A stretch of DNA of 64,000 nucleotides, taken from contig CAVSHB010000003.1 in the NCBI GenBank assembly GCA_963727775.1, forward strand, positions 128,001 through 192,000. Direction: 5' to 3'. Both the position numbers and the translations under genes were made by a program. Positions 41,336 to 51,045 of this stretch are shown here, piece by piece (positions within the stretch are counted from its first letter, which is position 1; each line of letters starts with the position of its first letter). The stretch is from an uncultured Nitrospiraceae bacterium (lineage in GTDB: Bacteria > Nitrospirota > Thermodesulfovibrionia > Thermodesulfovibrionales > SM23-35). A model generated the notes under the pieces. The model did no database searches. It had not been told where the DNA came from and saw nothing but the letters and a program-made list of their open reading frames with translations.

Positions 41336-42346
41336 ATGCCGAAACTCATTGTGAAATTCCTGACAGGTGAAGAGAAGGCCGGAGACGCCATGATGTTTAA
41401 TTTGAATAAGCCTGCTTTTCATATGCAGGTTGAAACCGGTGAAGGAAAGACAGAGACGCAGAGCGTGCGTCTGGATTCCGTGAAGATGATCCTTTTTCTC
41501 AAGAAGGAAGCATTGCCGGGGTCCCATCTGAGGACGGAAACGATTGACCAGTCAATATACGCCGGCACTTTGGCTTTCAGACTGAGGGTCGAATTCAGGG
41601 ACGGCGAGGTAATCAGCGGGTCTACCCTTAAATATGATCCGAACGATAAAGGTTTCTTTTTGATCCCTTTAAATCCTGCTGACATAAGTGAACGGATTTA
41701 TGTAAACGCCCAGGCGATTGAAAATGCGGATTGTAAGAGACTGCTGGGGAAAATACTGGTTGATCAGCAGAAGATTACCGTTGAACAGTTAACGGTATCC
41801 CTGAGATATCAGCGAGAGCATAGGGAGAAGAGAATAGGGACTATTTTAAAGGAGAAAGCAATAATAAGCGAAAAGCAATTACAGGAATCTTTGCAGAAAC
41901 AGAAAGAAAAGAACAAGCTCCTTGGAGAAATTTTATTGGAGGCCGGATATATATCGCCCGAACAACTGGACTATGCCCTGCACATCCAGAAAAAGAACAG
42001 GGAGAAAAGGCTCGGACAGGTTTTGGTAGAGCTCAAATATATAGCTCCTAATGATATCTGTATTGCATTAGCCACACAGTTTCATATGCCATGGATAGAC
42101 CTTTCCCGGGAGAAGCTCTCCCCGGATATTGTAAAAAGCCTGCCTGAAGAAGTTATAAGGAAATTGGAGGTGATACCTGTCGAGAAAAAAGGGCAGAATA
42201 CCCTTATTGTTGCTGTCTCTCAGCCGCAGGACCCTGAGCTGGGAGCGATAATCAGTAAATTTACTCCTTTAAAAGTGGAGCTTGTAGTTGCGTACGAAGG
42301 ATATATCGGATCGGCTATCCGCTCTTTTTTCCCTGCAAAGGAGTGA
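41336..42346 (+). CDS. Protein with beta-rich N-terminal domain, four MshEN motifs and a T2SSE_N-like C-terminal subdomain (no ATPase)
   Basis: LLGKILV..., RIGTILK..., LLGEILL.AG..., RLGQVLV... each followed by L...L..Q. Confidence 0.75.
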   Translation: MPKLIVKFLTGEEKAGDAMMFNLNKPAFHMQVETGEGKTETQSVRLDSVKMILFLKKEALPGSHLRTETIDQSIYAGTLAFRLRVEFRDGEVISGSTLKYDPNDKGFFLIPLNPADISERIYVNAQAIENADCKRLLGKILVDQQKITVEQLTVSLRYQREHREKRIGTILKEKAIISEKQLQESLQKQKEKNKLLGEILLEAGYISPEQLDYALHIQKKNREKRLGQVLVELKYIAPNDICIALATQFHMPWIDLSREKLSPDIVKSLPEEVIRKLEVIPVEKKGQNTLIVAVSQPQDPELGAIISKFTPLKVELVVAYEGYIGSAIRSFFPAKE

Positions 42347-42394
42347 ATTGAATTTCATAACAATGCTGCCATATTCCGTTATAAGGAGAAAACT

Positions 42395-43057
42395 ATGGAT
42401 GCCATTGAGTGCATTAAAACCAGGATGAGTATCAGGAAATTCAAGCCTGACCCCGTGCCTATGGAAACGTTAATGAAAGTTATCGATGCGGCGAAATGGA
42501 GTCCTTCATATAAGAACAGCCAGCCGTGGGAAATTGTGATTATTTCGGGAGAGAAGAAAGAGGCCCTGTCAAAACTTATGGTGGAGCTTCTTGAAAACGG
42601 TACTGAACCCAGCCCTGATCTTCCCGCTCCCAAGTCGTGGCCACCTGTGATAGAGGCTAGGATTTCAGCCCTCATGAAAAAAAGGAGCGAGCTGACAGGA
42701 AAGGATTTGAATTCTCCGGAGGTCAGGCAAAGGTCCAAAATCGTAAACTTCGAGTTTTATAAAGCGCCGCACGGCATATTCCTTTCCCAGGATTTATCTC
42801 TCACTGAATGGTCAATTTTTGATATGGGTCTTTTTGCCCAGAGCCTCATGCTCGCTGCGCATGCGTACGGCCTCGGGACAGTCCCGCAGGCATTTCTCAC
42901 TGACTATGCGAGACACGTAAAGGAGTTTCTTGGCATCCCTGAATCTAAAAGGCTTGTTCTCGGCATATCAATCGGTTATCCCGATTTGGAATCGCCGGTC
43001 AACAGCTCCAGGACTGACAGGGCAGGCACTGCAGAGATTGTAAGGATGGTCGAATAG
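42395..43057 (+). CDS. Nitroreductase family protein
   Basis: RMSIRKF, SPSYKNSQPW, LAAHAYGLGT, IGYPD. Confidence 0.92.
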   Translation: MDAIECIKTRMSIRKFKPDPVPMETLMKVIDAAKWSPSYKNSQPWEIVIISGEKKEALSKLMVELLENGTEPSPDLPAPKSWPPVIEARISALMKKRSELTGKDLNSPEVRQRSKIVNFEFYKAPHGIFLSQDLSLTEWSIFDMGLFAQSLMLAAHAYGLGTVPQAFLTDYARHVKEFLGIPESKRLVLGISIGYPDLESPVNSSRTDRAGTAEIVRMVE

Positions 43058-43084
43058 GCAGAAATCGTCTTTACGTGTTTTGAA

Positions 43085-43108
43085 GTGGGGCGCAGAGGAT
43101 CGCCCCAC
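43085..43108. terminator. Hairpin between convergent genes
   Basis: GTGGGGCG-N8-CGCCCCAC. Confidence 0.45.
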
Positions 43109-43118
43109 CATGGATGTC

Positions 43119-43682
43119 TTAATCGGGCTGTATCTTGGTGAACTTCGCGCCCTTAATAGATAGCCCTCCCATCAAACCCTTCTGGTTGAAGACAAAGCCT
43201 GCAATAGGATGCTGGCTCCGCAATGTCTCGACAGAGAGGTTTGCGCCCGCGTCGATGAGAGTAACCTCCGCGTCAACACCGGCCTCCCAGCCCTCACTAC
43301 CGCGGAATTTCTTCAGCATTTCATCAGTCATAAACAGTATGACCATGTCGTATTTCTCGGCGCCGATCTGCCATCCAACCGACCCTTCCGTAAGGCTGTA
43401 ATAACCAACGGTTCTGCCGCCGACCATCAGCGCACCCTGGCCATACTTTCCGCCGATGATGAACCCGGCCTTGGTGATTTTCGGCATGACCAGCACTCCC
43501 TTGGCGCCTTTCAGATATGCAGTGCTTCCCTTAACATGCTTCTTGAAACGGTCCATCGCTGCTTTGACGCTTGCGTTTATTTCGCCTTTCGTTTTCGCAT
43601 AAGATTCTGTGGTGAGCAAAGAAAAGACGATTGCAAAACATAAAATTACAGTAACCCCTCTGCAGACATTGTGAATCTTCAT
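43119..43682 (-). CDS. Ysc84/SYLF-domain exported protein
   Basis: AKGVLVMP..KAGFIIGG.YG.G, SVGWQIGAE, KGLMGGLSI.G. Confidence 0.85.
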   Translation of the reverse strand: MKIHNVCRGVTVILCFAIVFSLLTTESYAKTKGEINASVKAAMDRFKKHVKGSTAYLKGAKGVLVMPKITKAGFIIGGKYGQGALMVGGRTVGYYSLTEGSVGWQIGAEKYDMVILFMTDEMLKKFRGSEGWEAGVDAEVTLIDAGANLSVETLRSQHPIAGFVFNQKGLMGGLSIKGAKFTKIQPD

Positions 43683-44095
43683 AGCTCCCTGTCCTCCTTT
43701 TTATCGGTGCCTGTTTTTCGACCTATCCTCTGTACACGGTCAAGAAAGACACCCGTTTACAAACAGCAATAAAGTTTTCCGTGATAATAAAATTATCTTT
43801 GCGATTTTAGCGCAGTATAAATATTTTTGCCCTGTGACCTTTATTAATATTATCGCGTTACCGCCCAATCAGATTATAGCAGCACAAGAAGCCCTTTTGA
43901 AGGCGATGGCAGAGGGTAAAGGCCAAATTTTAGCTGCTGGACAATCAATAATATCTTGTCCGGGCATTTTAGCGTATCATAGTAGGATAAAAAAATATTC
44001 CGAGAGTATTCTGGCGAAACTTGGGAAGCTGAAAGGTGAATATCCGATACGCACGGAGGAGCTTAGAAAATATCCGCAGGGAGAAGCGGTAGAAG

Positions 44096-44995
44096 ATGGG
44101 GACTTTGTGGCAGAAGATCCTCCGGACAACAGATTATGCCCTCCGGACTGGGGCCCAACTCCCCATCCCCACGGATTATGAATTCATTGAAGACGGGGAG
44201 GTACGTTTTTTCGTAAGGATTGTGACAAGCCTTCAGCGCAAGGACGAAGAGAGGAAGAAACAGCAGGAGGAGCTTATGTCCGGAACAAAGGTGAATCCCT
44301 TTCTCCCCTATGACGAAAAACTGTTTGTCACTGATATTTCAGAAACCCACATAGCTTTGCTCAATAAGTATAATGTAGTGGACCATCACCTTCTCATCGT
44401 CACACGCCACTTTGAAGACCAGCGGTCCCTGCTTACTCTTCAGGATTTTGAAGCGCTGTGGCTGTGTATGGCGGAATACGAGGGACTCGGATTCTATAAC
44501 GGCGGAGAGACTGCCGGTGCGAGCCAAAGACACAAGCACATCCAGGTTGTACCTCTGCCCCTTGCACCCGAAGGGCCGCAAGTGCCTATAAATCCTCTAC
44601 TCGCCGAAGCGGCATTCGAAAACGGTCTCGGCATTGTTCCGGGTTTTGACTTCCTCCATGTCTTTGCCGGACTTGAAAGCGATCTCGCGGGTTTCCCTCT
44701 CGCTGCGGCTAAAAAAACCTTTGATATATACTCTGCCATGCTCGGAAGGCTGGGAATGGAGATGCCTTCAACTGAAGTTCTGAAGAAGCAGACTTCTCCT
44801 TACTGCCTTCTCGTCACCAGACAATGGATGCTCCTTGTGCCGAGGTCTGTAGAGTTTTGCGACTCCATCTCCATCAATTCGCTCGGCTTTGCCGGCGCCC
44901 TCCTTGTGCGGAACAGGGACCAGATGGACTTCCTGAAAAAACACGGTCCCATGAACGCTCTTAAAGGGGTCGCTTTTCCAGACAAGAATTTTTAA
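44096..44995 (+). CDS. ATP adenylyltransferase / Ap4A phosphorylase (Apa2-like, HIT-related)
   Basis: NPFLPY, LLNKY, FYNGG..AGASQRHKHIQ, SINSLGFAG. Confidence 0.9.
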   Translation: MGTLWQKILRTTDYALRTGAQLPIPTDYEFIEDGEVRFFVRIVTSLQRKDEERKKQQEELMSGTKVNPFLPYDEKLFVTDISETHIALLNKYNVVDHHLLIVTRHFEDQRSLLTLQDFEALWLCMAEYEGLGFYNGGETAGASQRHKHIQVVPLPLAPEGPQVPINPLLAEAAFENGLGIVPGFDFLHVFAGLESDLAGFPLAAAKKTFDIYSAMLGRLGMEMPSTEVLKKQTSPYCLLVTRQWMLLVPRSVEFCDSISINSLGFAGALLVRNRDQMDFLKKHGPMNALKGVAFPDKNF

Positions 44996-45044
44996 AAGGC
45001 GGATATCTTTTTATTGGGGTAGTAGAAACAAAATGAAAACAGAG

Positions 45045-45072
45045 GTCTCCTGCGGCTTGTGCCGCAGGAGAC
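45045..45072 (-). terminator. Rho-independent terminator
   Basis: 12-bp perfect stem GTCTCCTGCGGC/GCCGCAGGAGAC just after the small ORF stop. Confidence 0.7.
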
Positions 45073-45080
45073 GACATTAA

Positions 45081-45239
45081 TTAACCTTCACAACAAACGC
45101 GTCTCATTTTTTTCTTCCCGGATGGGGAAACCGACAGAACTACTTCAACCTTATTCCCGCATAAGCTGCAGCGCTGTACCCTGTTTTTTGATTCAGCCCT
45201 TGCCGAAACGTCGGTCTTTGACTTTCCTTTCTCTGCCAT
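45081..45239 (-). CDS. Small basic CxxC...CC protein, 52 aa
   Basis: MAEKGKSKTDVSARAESKNRVQRCSLCGNKVEVVLSVSPSGKKKMRRVCCEG; AAGGAG RBS and its own terminator. Confidence 0.75.
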   Translation of the reverse strand: MAEKGKSKTDVSARAESKNRVQRCSLCGNKVEVVLSVSPSGKKKMRRVCCEG

Positions 45240-45505
45240 AATAATTACTCCTTTCGTTTTTTAAATCATTAATCAAAACGTCAAAAGTTTACCTTCTAAC
45301 GTTCGCCGGACACGCAGTTTTCCTTCTTCTTATCCTGTTTTGGATTGGTACATCCAATGCGGGTTAAACGCACATCAGGAAATTCCAGGAAACTAAATAA
45401 TCTAATATAATTAAATGACCCTTGTCAAGAGCCTAGTTTTTCAACAGCGCTGATTTTAGCAATATTTACAGGCATGCAACAACTGTCAGAAGGACGGAAA
45501 TATGT

Positions 45506-46066
45506 TTATTCCTGAGTGAGCCATTTTTTGAGGGTGTCCATTGCTTTTTCACTCAATCCCAAAACAGGCATTTTTCCCTCGCCCGACATTTGCTCCAAGA
45601 CTTTCCACATCTCGGTCTTCACTATCCCATAGGAGTCGGTGAAATTTTGCAGGTTTTGTTCCATTTGCGGCATGACGGTCATCATATCTTTTGACGCCTC
45701 TTCATATCTTTCCAGCCGCGCATAGGATACTCCCCTGGCGAACTTCGCCATAGCATAATCGGTCTTCAGTTCCAAAGCCTTAGTAAAATCCGAAATTGCA
45801 TCCTCAAATTCATTCTTCATCATGTATGCTATGCCGCGAAAGAAATATGCCCTGGGGCTTTTCTTGTTTGCATTTATAGCGTCGCTGAAATCATCGACGG
45901 CCTTATCGACATCCTTCAGTTTCACATAAGCAACTCCCCGGCTTAAATGGACGATATAAGGATCGGCCCCCGCCTCTTTTGCTTTGGTAAAAGCTTCGAT
46001 ACTTTCTTTATCCTTGCCGTCAACGAAAAGCAATTGAGCTTTTCTTATTAGTTCCTGAGTATCCAT
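45506..46066 (-). CDS. Tetratricopeptide-repeat protein
   Basis: Repeated RG.AY...A..DF..A TPR motifs. Confidence 0.88.
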   Translation of the reverse strand: MDTQELIRKAQLLFVDGKDKESIEAFTKAKEAGADPYIVHLSRGVAYVKLKDVDKAVDDFSDAINANKKSPRAYFFRGIAYMMKNEFEDAISDFTKALELKTDYAMAKFARGVSYARLERYEEASKDMMTVMPQMEQNLQNFTDSYGIVKTEMWKVLEQMSGEGKMPVLGLSEKAMDTLKKWLTQE

Positions 46067-46132
46067 GTAACCTCCATCGTTAGAGTTGTTTAAACTAAGA
46101 ACTATACTATAATTTTCCGAATCATATTTCTT

Positions 46133-47476
46133 TTATCCGATCATCCATTTACCGCGTTTTTTTCTGTGCTCTTCAACCTCTTTTCTTTGGTCCTCAAATC
46201 CCTTCTTCCCCATCATGCCGTATGTAAGATTCTTGCCCTCCTCAACGCCGGGCTGATTAAAGGGATTGATCTTATATAGATAGCCTGTAAAGGCGGTTGA
46301 GAGTTCAAAGAAATGGAACAATTGTCCCAGGTGATACGCATCTATCGCCGGCATTGTAATTGTCATGCTCGGCCTTGCGGCCTTTGCCAGGGCCAGCTCC
46401 GTGGCCTCCTCTTCCGCCTTTATGAGTTCAGACAAAGAATGTCCCGACAGATAACTGATCCCTTCGATCTCCTTAAACACTTTTGGTATTTTTATGTCGG
46501 CTCCGTAATCATCAACCTTAATAAATATCAGGACCTTGTCCTGGGGACCTTCTATCCATAATTGCAACTGCGAGTGCTGGTCGGTTGTTCCCAGAGAAGG
46601 ATAAGGAGTAAGTCCCGTATTGTCTTTCCCGAGACTTTCCGCCCACAGCTGGCAGAACCATTCAGAGAGCGGTTTCAATCTGTCCGCGTAGGGGATCATC
46701 ACGTCGGTACCCCTCTGCTTTTTCTTGTCCATTAAATAAAGCAATGTCCCAAAGATATATGCGGGATTTTTCCAGACGTCGGGGCAGGAGCATTTTTTAT
46801 GTATATCCTTTGCCCCTCTCAACAGTTCATCGGAGTCGATACCTATAACCTCTGCAAGCAAGAGGCCTACAGGGCTCAATACGGAATACCTGCCCCCAAC
46901 GCCTTGCGGTATGGGCAGAGACACCAACCCGTTATCGTTAACGATACTCCTGAGATTTCCTTTTTCAGGGTCTGTAGTAATTATGAATTGTCTTGATATT
47001 TTTTCCCCAAGCGCCTTCTTCATCTTGCTCCATAAAATCATGAAAGATGCCGCGGTTTCAGCGGTGCTTCCGGATTTTGATATGACATTCACGGAGGTCG
47101 CTTTCAGGTCAATAATTTCAAGTATGTTTTTCAATGTCCCCGGATCAACATTGTCGTATATGAATACACGGGGTTTCTTCTTTAAGTTATGAAAAGGGCT
47201 TAATGCCTCAAGTATTGCTTTGGGCCCCAGCGCAGAGCCTCCAATACCGAGCAATAAGAAATTCTCTGATGTTTTTCTTATCTGCCTTGCGGTTCTCTTT
47301 ATCTCCGATGTATCCTGAGACAGGAGGTTTATAAAAGAGAGTACGGGACCGAGTTTCTCCTTTAATCGTATGTGGGCTTCTCCTGTTCTGCCGCTGAGAT
47401 TTTTTATTGTGTTTTCTGAAAGCCCATTGGCTCCGATTATCTTTGCCATCATATTAGAAAAATTCAGCTGTATCAT
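46133..47476 (-). CDS. pgi: Glucose-6-phosphate isomerase
   Basis: GIGGSALG, SKSGSTAET, GGRYSV, QLWAESLGK, FNQPGVEEGK. Confidence 0.97.
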   Translation of the reverse strand: MIQLNFSNMMAKIIGANGLSENTIKNLSGRTGEAHIRLKEKLGPVLSFINLLSQDTSEIKRTARQIRKTSENFLLLGIGGSALGPKAILEALSPFHNLKKKPRVFIYDNVDPGTLKNILEIIDLKATSVNVISKSGSTAETAASFMILWSKMKKALGEKISRQFIITTDPEKGNLRSIVNDNGLVSLPIPQGVGGRYSVLSPVGLLLAEVIGIDSDELLRGAKDIHKKCSCPDVWKNPAYIFGTLLYLMDKKKQRGTDVMIPYADRLKPLSEWFCQLWAESLGKDNTGLTPYPSLGTTDQHSQLQLWIEGPQDKVLIFIKVDDYGADIKIPKVFKEIEGISYLSGHSLSELIKAEEEATELALAKAARPSMTITMPAIDAYHLGQLFHFFELSTAFTGYLYKINPFNQPGVEEGKNLTYGMMGKKGFEDQRKEVEEHRKKRGKWMIG

Positions 47477-47519
47477 TTCCTCCCCTTGCGTATACGCCTG
47501 TGATCAATTCCATTTTGAG

Positions 47520-47903
47520 TTAAGGTTTTGAGTCGTCTGTGTAATTTTGCCCGGAGGACTCTTTTGCGAACCTTAACCCCTCTTTTATTACCAAAATAAA
47601 TACAACGGTGAAACCGACGAGAACACCCACAAAGTTTATCAGCTTGAGTAAACCGAGAACGACAAGTATAAAAGCAATCATAAAAAACCTGAAAAGACTG
47701 AGGAAGACAACCTTTCCGCTCGGTCTTGATGAAGCGGCAAAATCCCTTAACCCCCAAGCAAGACCTTTAATGTTTGCAAGTCCGAGTGCTCCGCCAACGA
47801 GAATGCTTAAAGGGAGTTTTTTCCACTCATAGAATGCTGAAACAGCTGCGAGAACAATTAGAATGATTGTCCCCTGCCTATGGATTCTTTTTATCAGACT
47901 CAT
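47520..47903 (-). CDS. atpI: ATP synthase subunit I-like membrane protein
   Basis: Four TM segments, GG.LGLAN, RF; follows atpZ. Confidence 0.7.
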   Translation of the reverse strand: MSLIKRIHRQGTIILIVLAAVSAFYEWKKLPLSILVGGALGLANIKGLAWGLRDFAASSRPSGKVVFLSLFRFFMIAFILVVLGLLKLINFVGVLVGFTVVFILVIKEGLRFAKESSGQNYTDDSKP

Positions 47904-48126
47904 CCCCGGATTTCTTTGCCATCATAAAAAGGTCCTTAAAGCCTGCTATAATGCCGAATATCGTGAAAATAAAGAGAAGCCACGGCGCCGTATGGACATG
48001 GAACCATTTATCCATAGCATAATCAAGCCCATACCCCATCAAACCCCCGATAACAGTGGAGATTACAAGATTAAGTCCGACTGTGCTCGCTTCGAGAAGC
48101 TGTTTGAATACTGATTTTTCCGGCAT
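47878..48126 (-). CDS. atpZ: AtpZ/AtpI-family small membrane protein
   Basis: STVGLNLV...GYGLD..F.TAPWL...FGIIAGF. Confidence 0.8.
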   Translation of the reverse strand: MPEKSVFKQLLEASTVGLNLVISTVIGGLMGYGLDYAMDKWFHVHTAPWLLFIFTIFGIIAGFKDLFMMAKKSGDESDKKNP

Positions 48127-48219
48127 ATATTTTCCCTAACCATATAGATTTTAGCATAGAACAAGCTCAAATAATGAGGAGATAAATTTATAGCATTTGA
48201 GATTGGTTTTTTTGATCGG

Positions 48220-49506
48220 TTATTTGACTTCCAGTAGAGACCTGTAAGCTGCCGAAACAGTTTTTTCTATGTCCTTTTCCGAATGCGCGAGGGATATAAA
48301 CCCGGCCTCGAACTGCGAAGGAGCAATATATATTCCCCTTTTGAGCATCCCTGAAAAGAACCGGGAGAATTTTACTGTATCAGAAGTCTTCGCCGTCTTA
48401 TAATCAATGACATCGGCATTAGTAAAATAACTGCAGAACATCGTTCCCGCCCTGTAAAATTTTGTATTTACCCCTGCTTTTTTTGCCGCGTCTCTAAGTC
48501 CCCTTTCCAACAGAGAGGCCGTATCTTCGAGTCTTTTATATGTGCTTTTTTGCGCGAGTATCTTAAGGGTCTCTATCCCGGCCGTCATTGCAATAGGATT
48601 GCCCGATAACGTGCCTGCCTGGTAAACAGGGCCTTCCGGCGATACCATCGACATGATTTCCTTTTTCCCGCCATAGGCGCCGACCGGTAACCCTCCGCCG
48701 ATAACCTTACCGAGACAGGTCATGTCGGGTGTAACGCCGTAGTACGCCTGTGCGCCGCCAAAAGCCACTCTGAATCCTGTCATCACTTCATCGAAAATGA
48801 GAACAATCCCGTGGTCGTTTGTCAGCTTTCTCAATGATTCAAGAAATCCCTGCTGAGGTAGGACGCAGCCGATATTCCCCACAACCGGTTCAAGTATTAT
48901 GCACGCAATGGATTTCCATTCATTTTTAATTACCTTTGTTACTGCCTGTATATTATTAAACGGGAGGGTTATTGTATTTCTTGCATAGGATTTAGGTACG
49001 CCGGGACTGTCCGGCAGTCCAAATGTGGTAGCCCCGGAACCGGCTTTAACAAGCAAACCGTCGGCATGTCCATGATAACACCCTTCAAACTTTATAATTT
49101 TATCTTTGCCTGTAAATCCGCGCGCTGCCCTAATGGCGCTCATTGTTGCCTCTGTCCCCGAGTTTACCATCCTCACCTTATCCATCGACGGATAGGCTCT
49201 CAGCACCAACTCCGCAAGCTCGACCTCAAGGGAAGTGGGCGCTCCGTAACTTGTCCCCTTCGCTAATGCCCGCTTGAGCGCATTGATAACTTTCGGATAG
49301 GCGTGTCCGAGAATGAGAGGCCCCCATGAAAGGACATAGTCTATATAGACATTGCCGTCGACATCGTAGATCTTTGATCCTTTTGCCCTGTCAATAAAAA
49401 CCGGATTTCCCCCAACCGCTTTGAATGCCCGCACAGGGCTGTTGACTCCTCCCGGGATAAGCTTGCACGCTCTCTCATATAACTTATGTGATTTTTTAGT
49501 TTCCAT
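48220..49506 (-). CDS. hemL: Glutamate-1-semialdehyde 2,1-aminomutase
   Basis: [34 protein letters not shown]. Confidence 0.98.
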   Translation of the reverse strand: METKKSHKLYERACKLIPGGVNSPVRAFKAVGGNPVFIDRAKGSKIYDVDGNVYIDYVLSWGPLILGHAYPKVINALKRALAKGTSYGAPTSLEVELAELVLRAYPSMDKVRMVNSGTEATMSAIRAARGFTGKDKIIKFEGCYHGHADGLLVKAGSGATTFGLPDSPGVPKSYARNTITLPFNNIQAVTKVIKNEWKSIACIILEPVVGNIGCVLPQQGFLESLRKLTNDHGIVLIFDEVMTGFRVAFGGAQAYYGVTPDMTCLGKVIGGGLPVGAYGGKKEIMSMVSPEGPVYQAGTLSGNPIAMTAGIETLKILAQKSTYKRLEDTASLLERGLRDAAKKAGVNTKFYRAGTMFCSYFTNADVIDYKTAKTSDTVKFSRFFSGMLKRGIYIAPSQFEAGFISLAHSEKDIEKTVSAAYRSLLEVK

Positions 49507-49614
49507 TTAAAACTCCTTTAAATTTGCTTAACCAAAATAATAACATTTTTTATGTGCTAAAATAATGTCTCTTATGCTATAAAAGTATAACTTAATATTA
49601 TTTAGGAGGTTTGA

Positions 49615-50562
49615 ATGAGAAGAATTACGATTTCAGTGCTGATTATTTTTTTATTGTTAGCGGTCGCTGCATGCGCCAAGAAGGAGGGTCCGACAGGTCC
49701 TTACCTTGCAAAGGTAGGAAATGCAACGATAACGCAGGCTGATCTTGAGAGAGAGATGAAAAACCTGCCCGAGTTTGCGCAGGCGCTTTTTGCGGGCAGC
49801 GACGGGAAGGAGAAGTTTCTTAATGAACTTGTAAAGAAGGAAATCCTCTATCAGGAGGCAGTGAAGAAGGGACTTGATAAAGACCCTGAATACCTGAAAA
49901 AGGTTGAGGATTTTAAGAAAATTACTCTCATAGGGAGCCTTCTCGAAAAAGAGATTGAGGCCAAGTCAAAGGTCACGGAAAAAGATGTAAAAGACTATTA
50001 TGATAAACACAAGGAAGAAATTTCTTCAGTCAGCCAGATTAAGGCGAGCCATATCCTTGTAAAAACGGAAGATGAAGCCAATAAAATATACGAAAGCCTC
50101 AAGAAGGGCGCGAACTTCGCTGAGTTGGCAAAGAAGAATTCCATCGATCCCGGTTCTGCAAAGAACGGCGGAGACCTCGGCTTTTTCTCTAAGGGCCAGA
50201 TGGTCCCCGAGTTTGAAGCAGCTGCGGCCAAACTAAAGGTAGGGGAAATAAGTCAGCCTGTAAAGACAAAATATGGATATCATATTATAAAAGTTACCGA
50301 CAAGAAGTTAGGCAAGCCCATCGAATTTGATAAAGTAAAAGGGTTGCTTTCCCAGCGTGTTGCCGCCGAGAAGCAGAAAGAAGCTTTTGATTCGTATCTT
50401 GAAAACCTGAAGAAAAGTTACAAGGTGGAGATCAACAAAGATGCGGTTTCCAAGCTCTCTGTTGGAGGAGAGAAGAAAGAAATACTACAGGGAAAACCTG
50501 AACAAGCAGGAGAACCCAAAGAACCCCCTAAACCGGAAACAAAAGAAAAATCAGGGAAATAA
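49615..50562 (+). CDS. PpiC/parvulin-type peptidyl-prolyl isomerase lipoprotein (PrsA-like)
   Basis: Lipobox VAAC, ASHILV, GGDLG, FE.AA, GYHII. Confidence 0.9.
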   Translation: MRRITISVLIIFLLLAVAACAKKEGPTGPYLAKVGNATITQADLEREMKNLPEFAQALFAGSDGKEKFLNELVKKEILYQEAVKKGLDKDPEYLKKVEDFKKITLIGSLLEKEIEAKSKVTEKDVKDYYDKHKEEISSVSQIKASHILVKTEDEANKIYESLKKGANFAELAKKNSIDPGSAKNGGDLGFFSKGQMVPEFEAAAAKLKVGEISQPVKTKYGYHIIKVTDKKLGKPIEFDKVKGLLSQRVAAEKQKEAFDSYLENLKKSYKVEINKDAVSKLSVGGEKKEILQGKPEQAGEPKEPPKPETKEKSGK

Positions 50563-50590
50563 ATTTATAATAAAGCCTCCTAATTACGGG

Positions 50591-50622
50591 ATCGCAGTCC
50601 CTACAACTTTAGGGACTGCGGT
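50591..50622 (+). terminator. Hairpin / probable terminator
   Basis: ATCGCAGTCCCTA-N6-TAGGGACTGCGGT followed by TT. Confidence 0.5.
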
Positions 50623-50628
50623 TTATCG

Positions 50629-51045
50629 ATGAAGACCTTTGAAGTAATTGACATATCCGGAGACGTTGGCCTCAAGTCTTACGGCAAAAGTTTAAAGGAA
50701 GCCTTTCTCAATGCCGCTTTAGGGATGACCAGCCTTATTACCGATCTCGATGCAATAGAGGGAAAAAAAACTATAACTGTTTCGGTTGAAAGTCATTCGC
50801 GTGACGGACTTTTGGTTGCATGGCTGAATGAACTGATTTTTCATTTTGACGCATATGGCTTTATAGGGAAAAAGGCGGACATCGAACAGTTTTCCGGCAA
50901 TAAAATAACAGCCACTATTACCGGCGAGGAATTTGATCCCGAACGTCATGAAGGGAAACTTCTTATTAAGGCTGCTACTTACCATAATCTCAGGGTAGAA
51001 AAAAAAGATGATATATGGGAAATTGAGGTAATATTTGATATATGA
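50629..51045 (+). CDS. Archease
   Basis: D(I)SGDVG, WLNELI, GE.FD, IKAATYH, VIFDI; directly upstream of rtcB. Confidence 0.92.
   Translation: MKTFEVIDISGDVGLKSYGKSLKEAFLNAALGMTSLITDLDAIEGKKTITVSVESHSRDGLLVAWLNELIFHFDAYGFIGKKADIEQFSGNKITATITGEEFDPERHEGKLLIKAATYHNLRVEKKDDIWEIEVIFDI

Noticed and set aside
43834..44181. 115-aa ORF overlapping the Ap4A phosphorylase gene
   Set aside because: No RBS or recognisable motif, and it overlaps a promoter region and a real gene.
45130..45240. tmRNA tag-like YSAAA reading
   Set aside because: It is an alternative frame of the 52-aa ORF, and no tRNA-like ends are present.
45320..45385. Hammerhead ribozyme (CUGAUG on the minus strand)
   Set aside because: The core reads CUGAUGU, and no GAAA follows the next stem.
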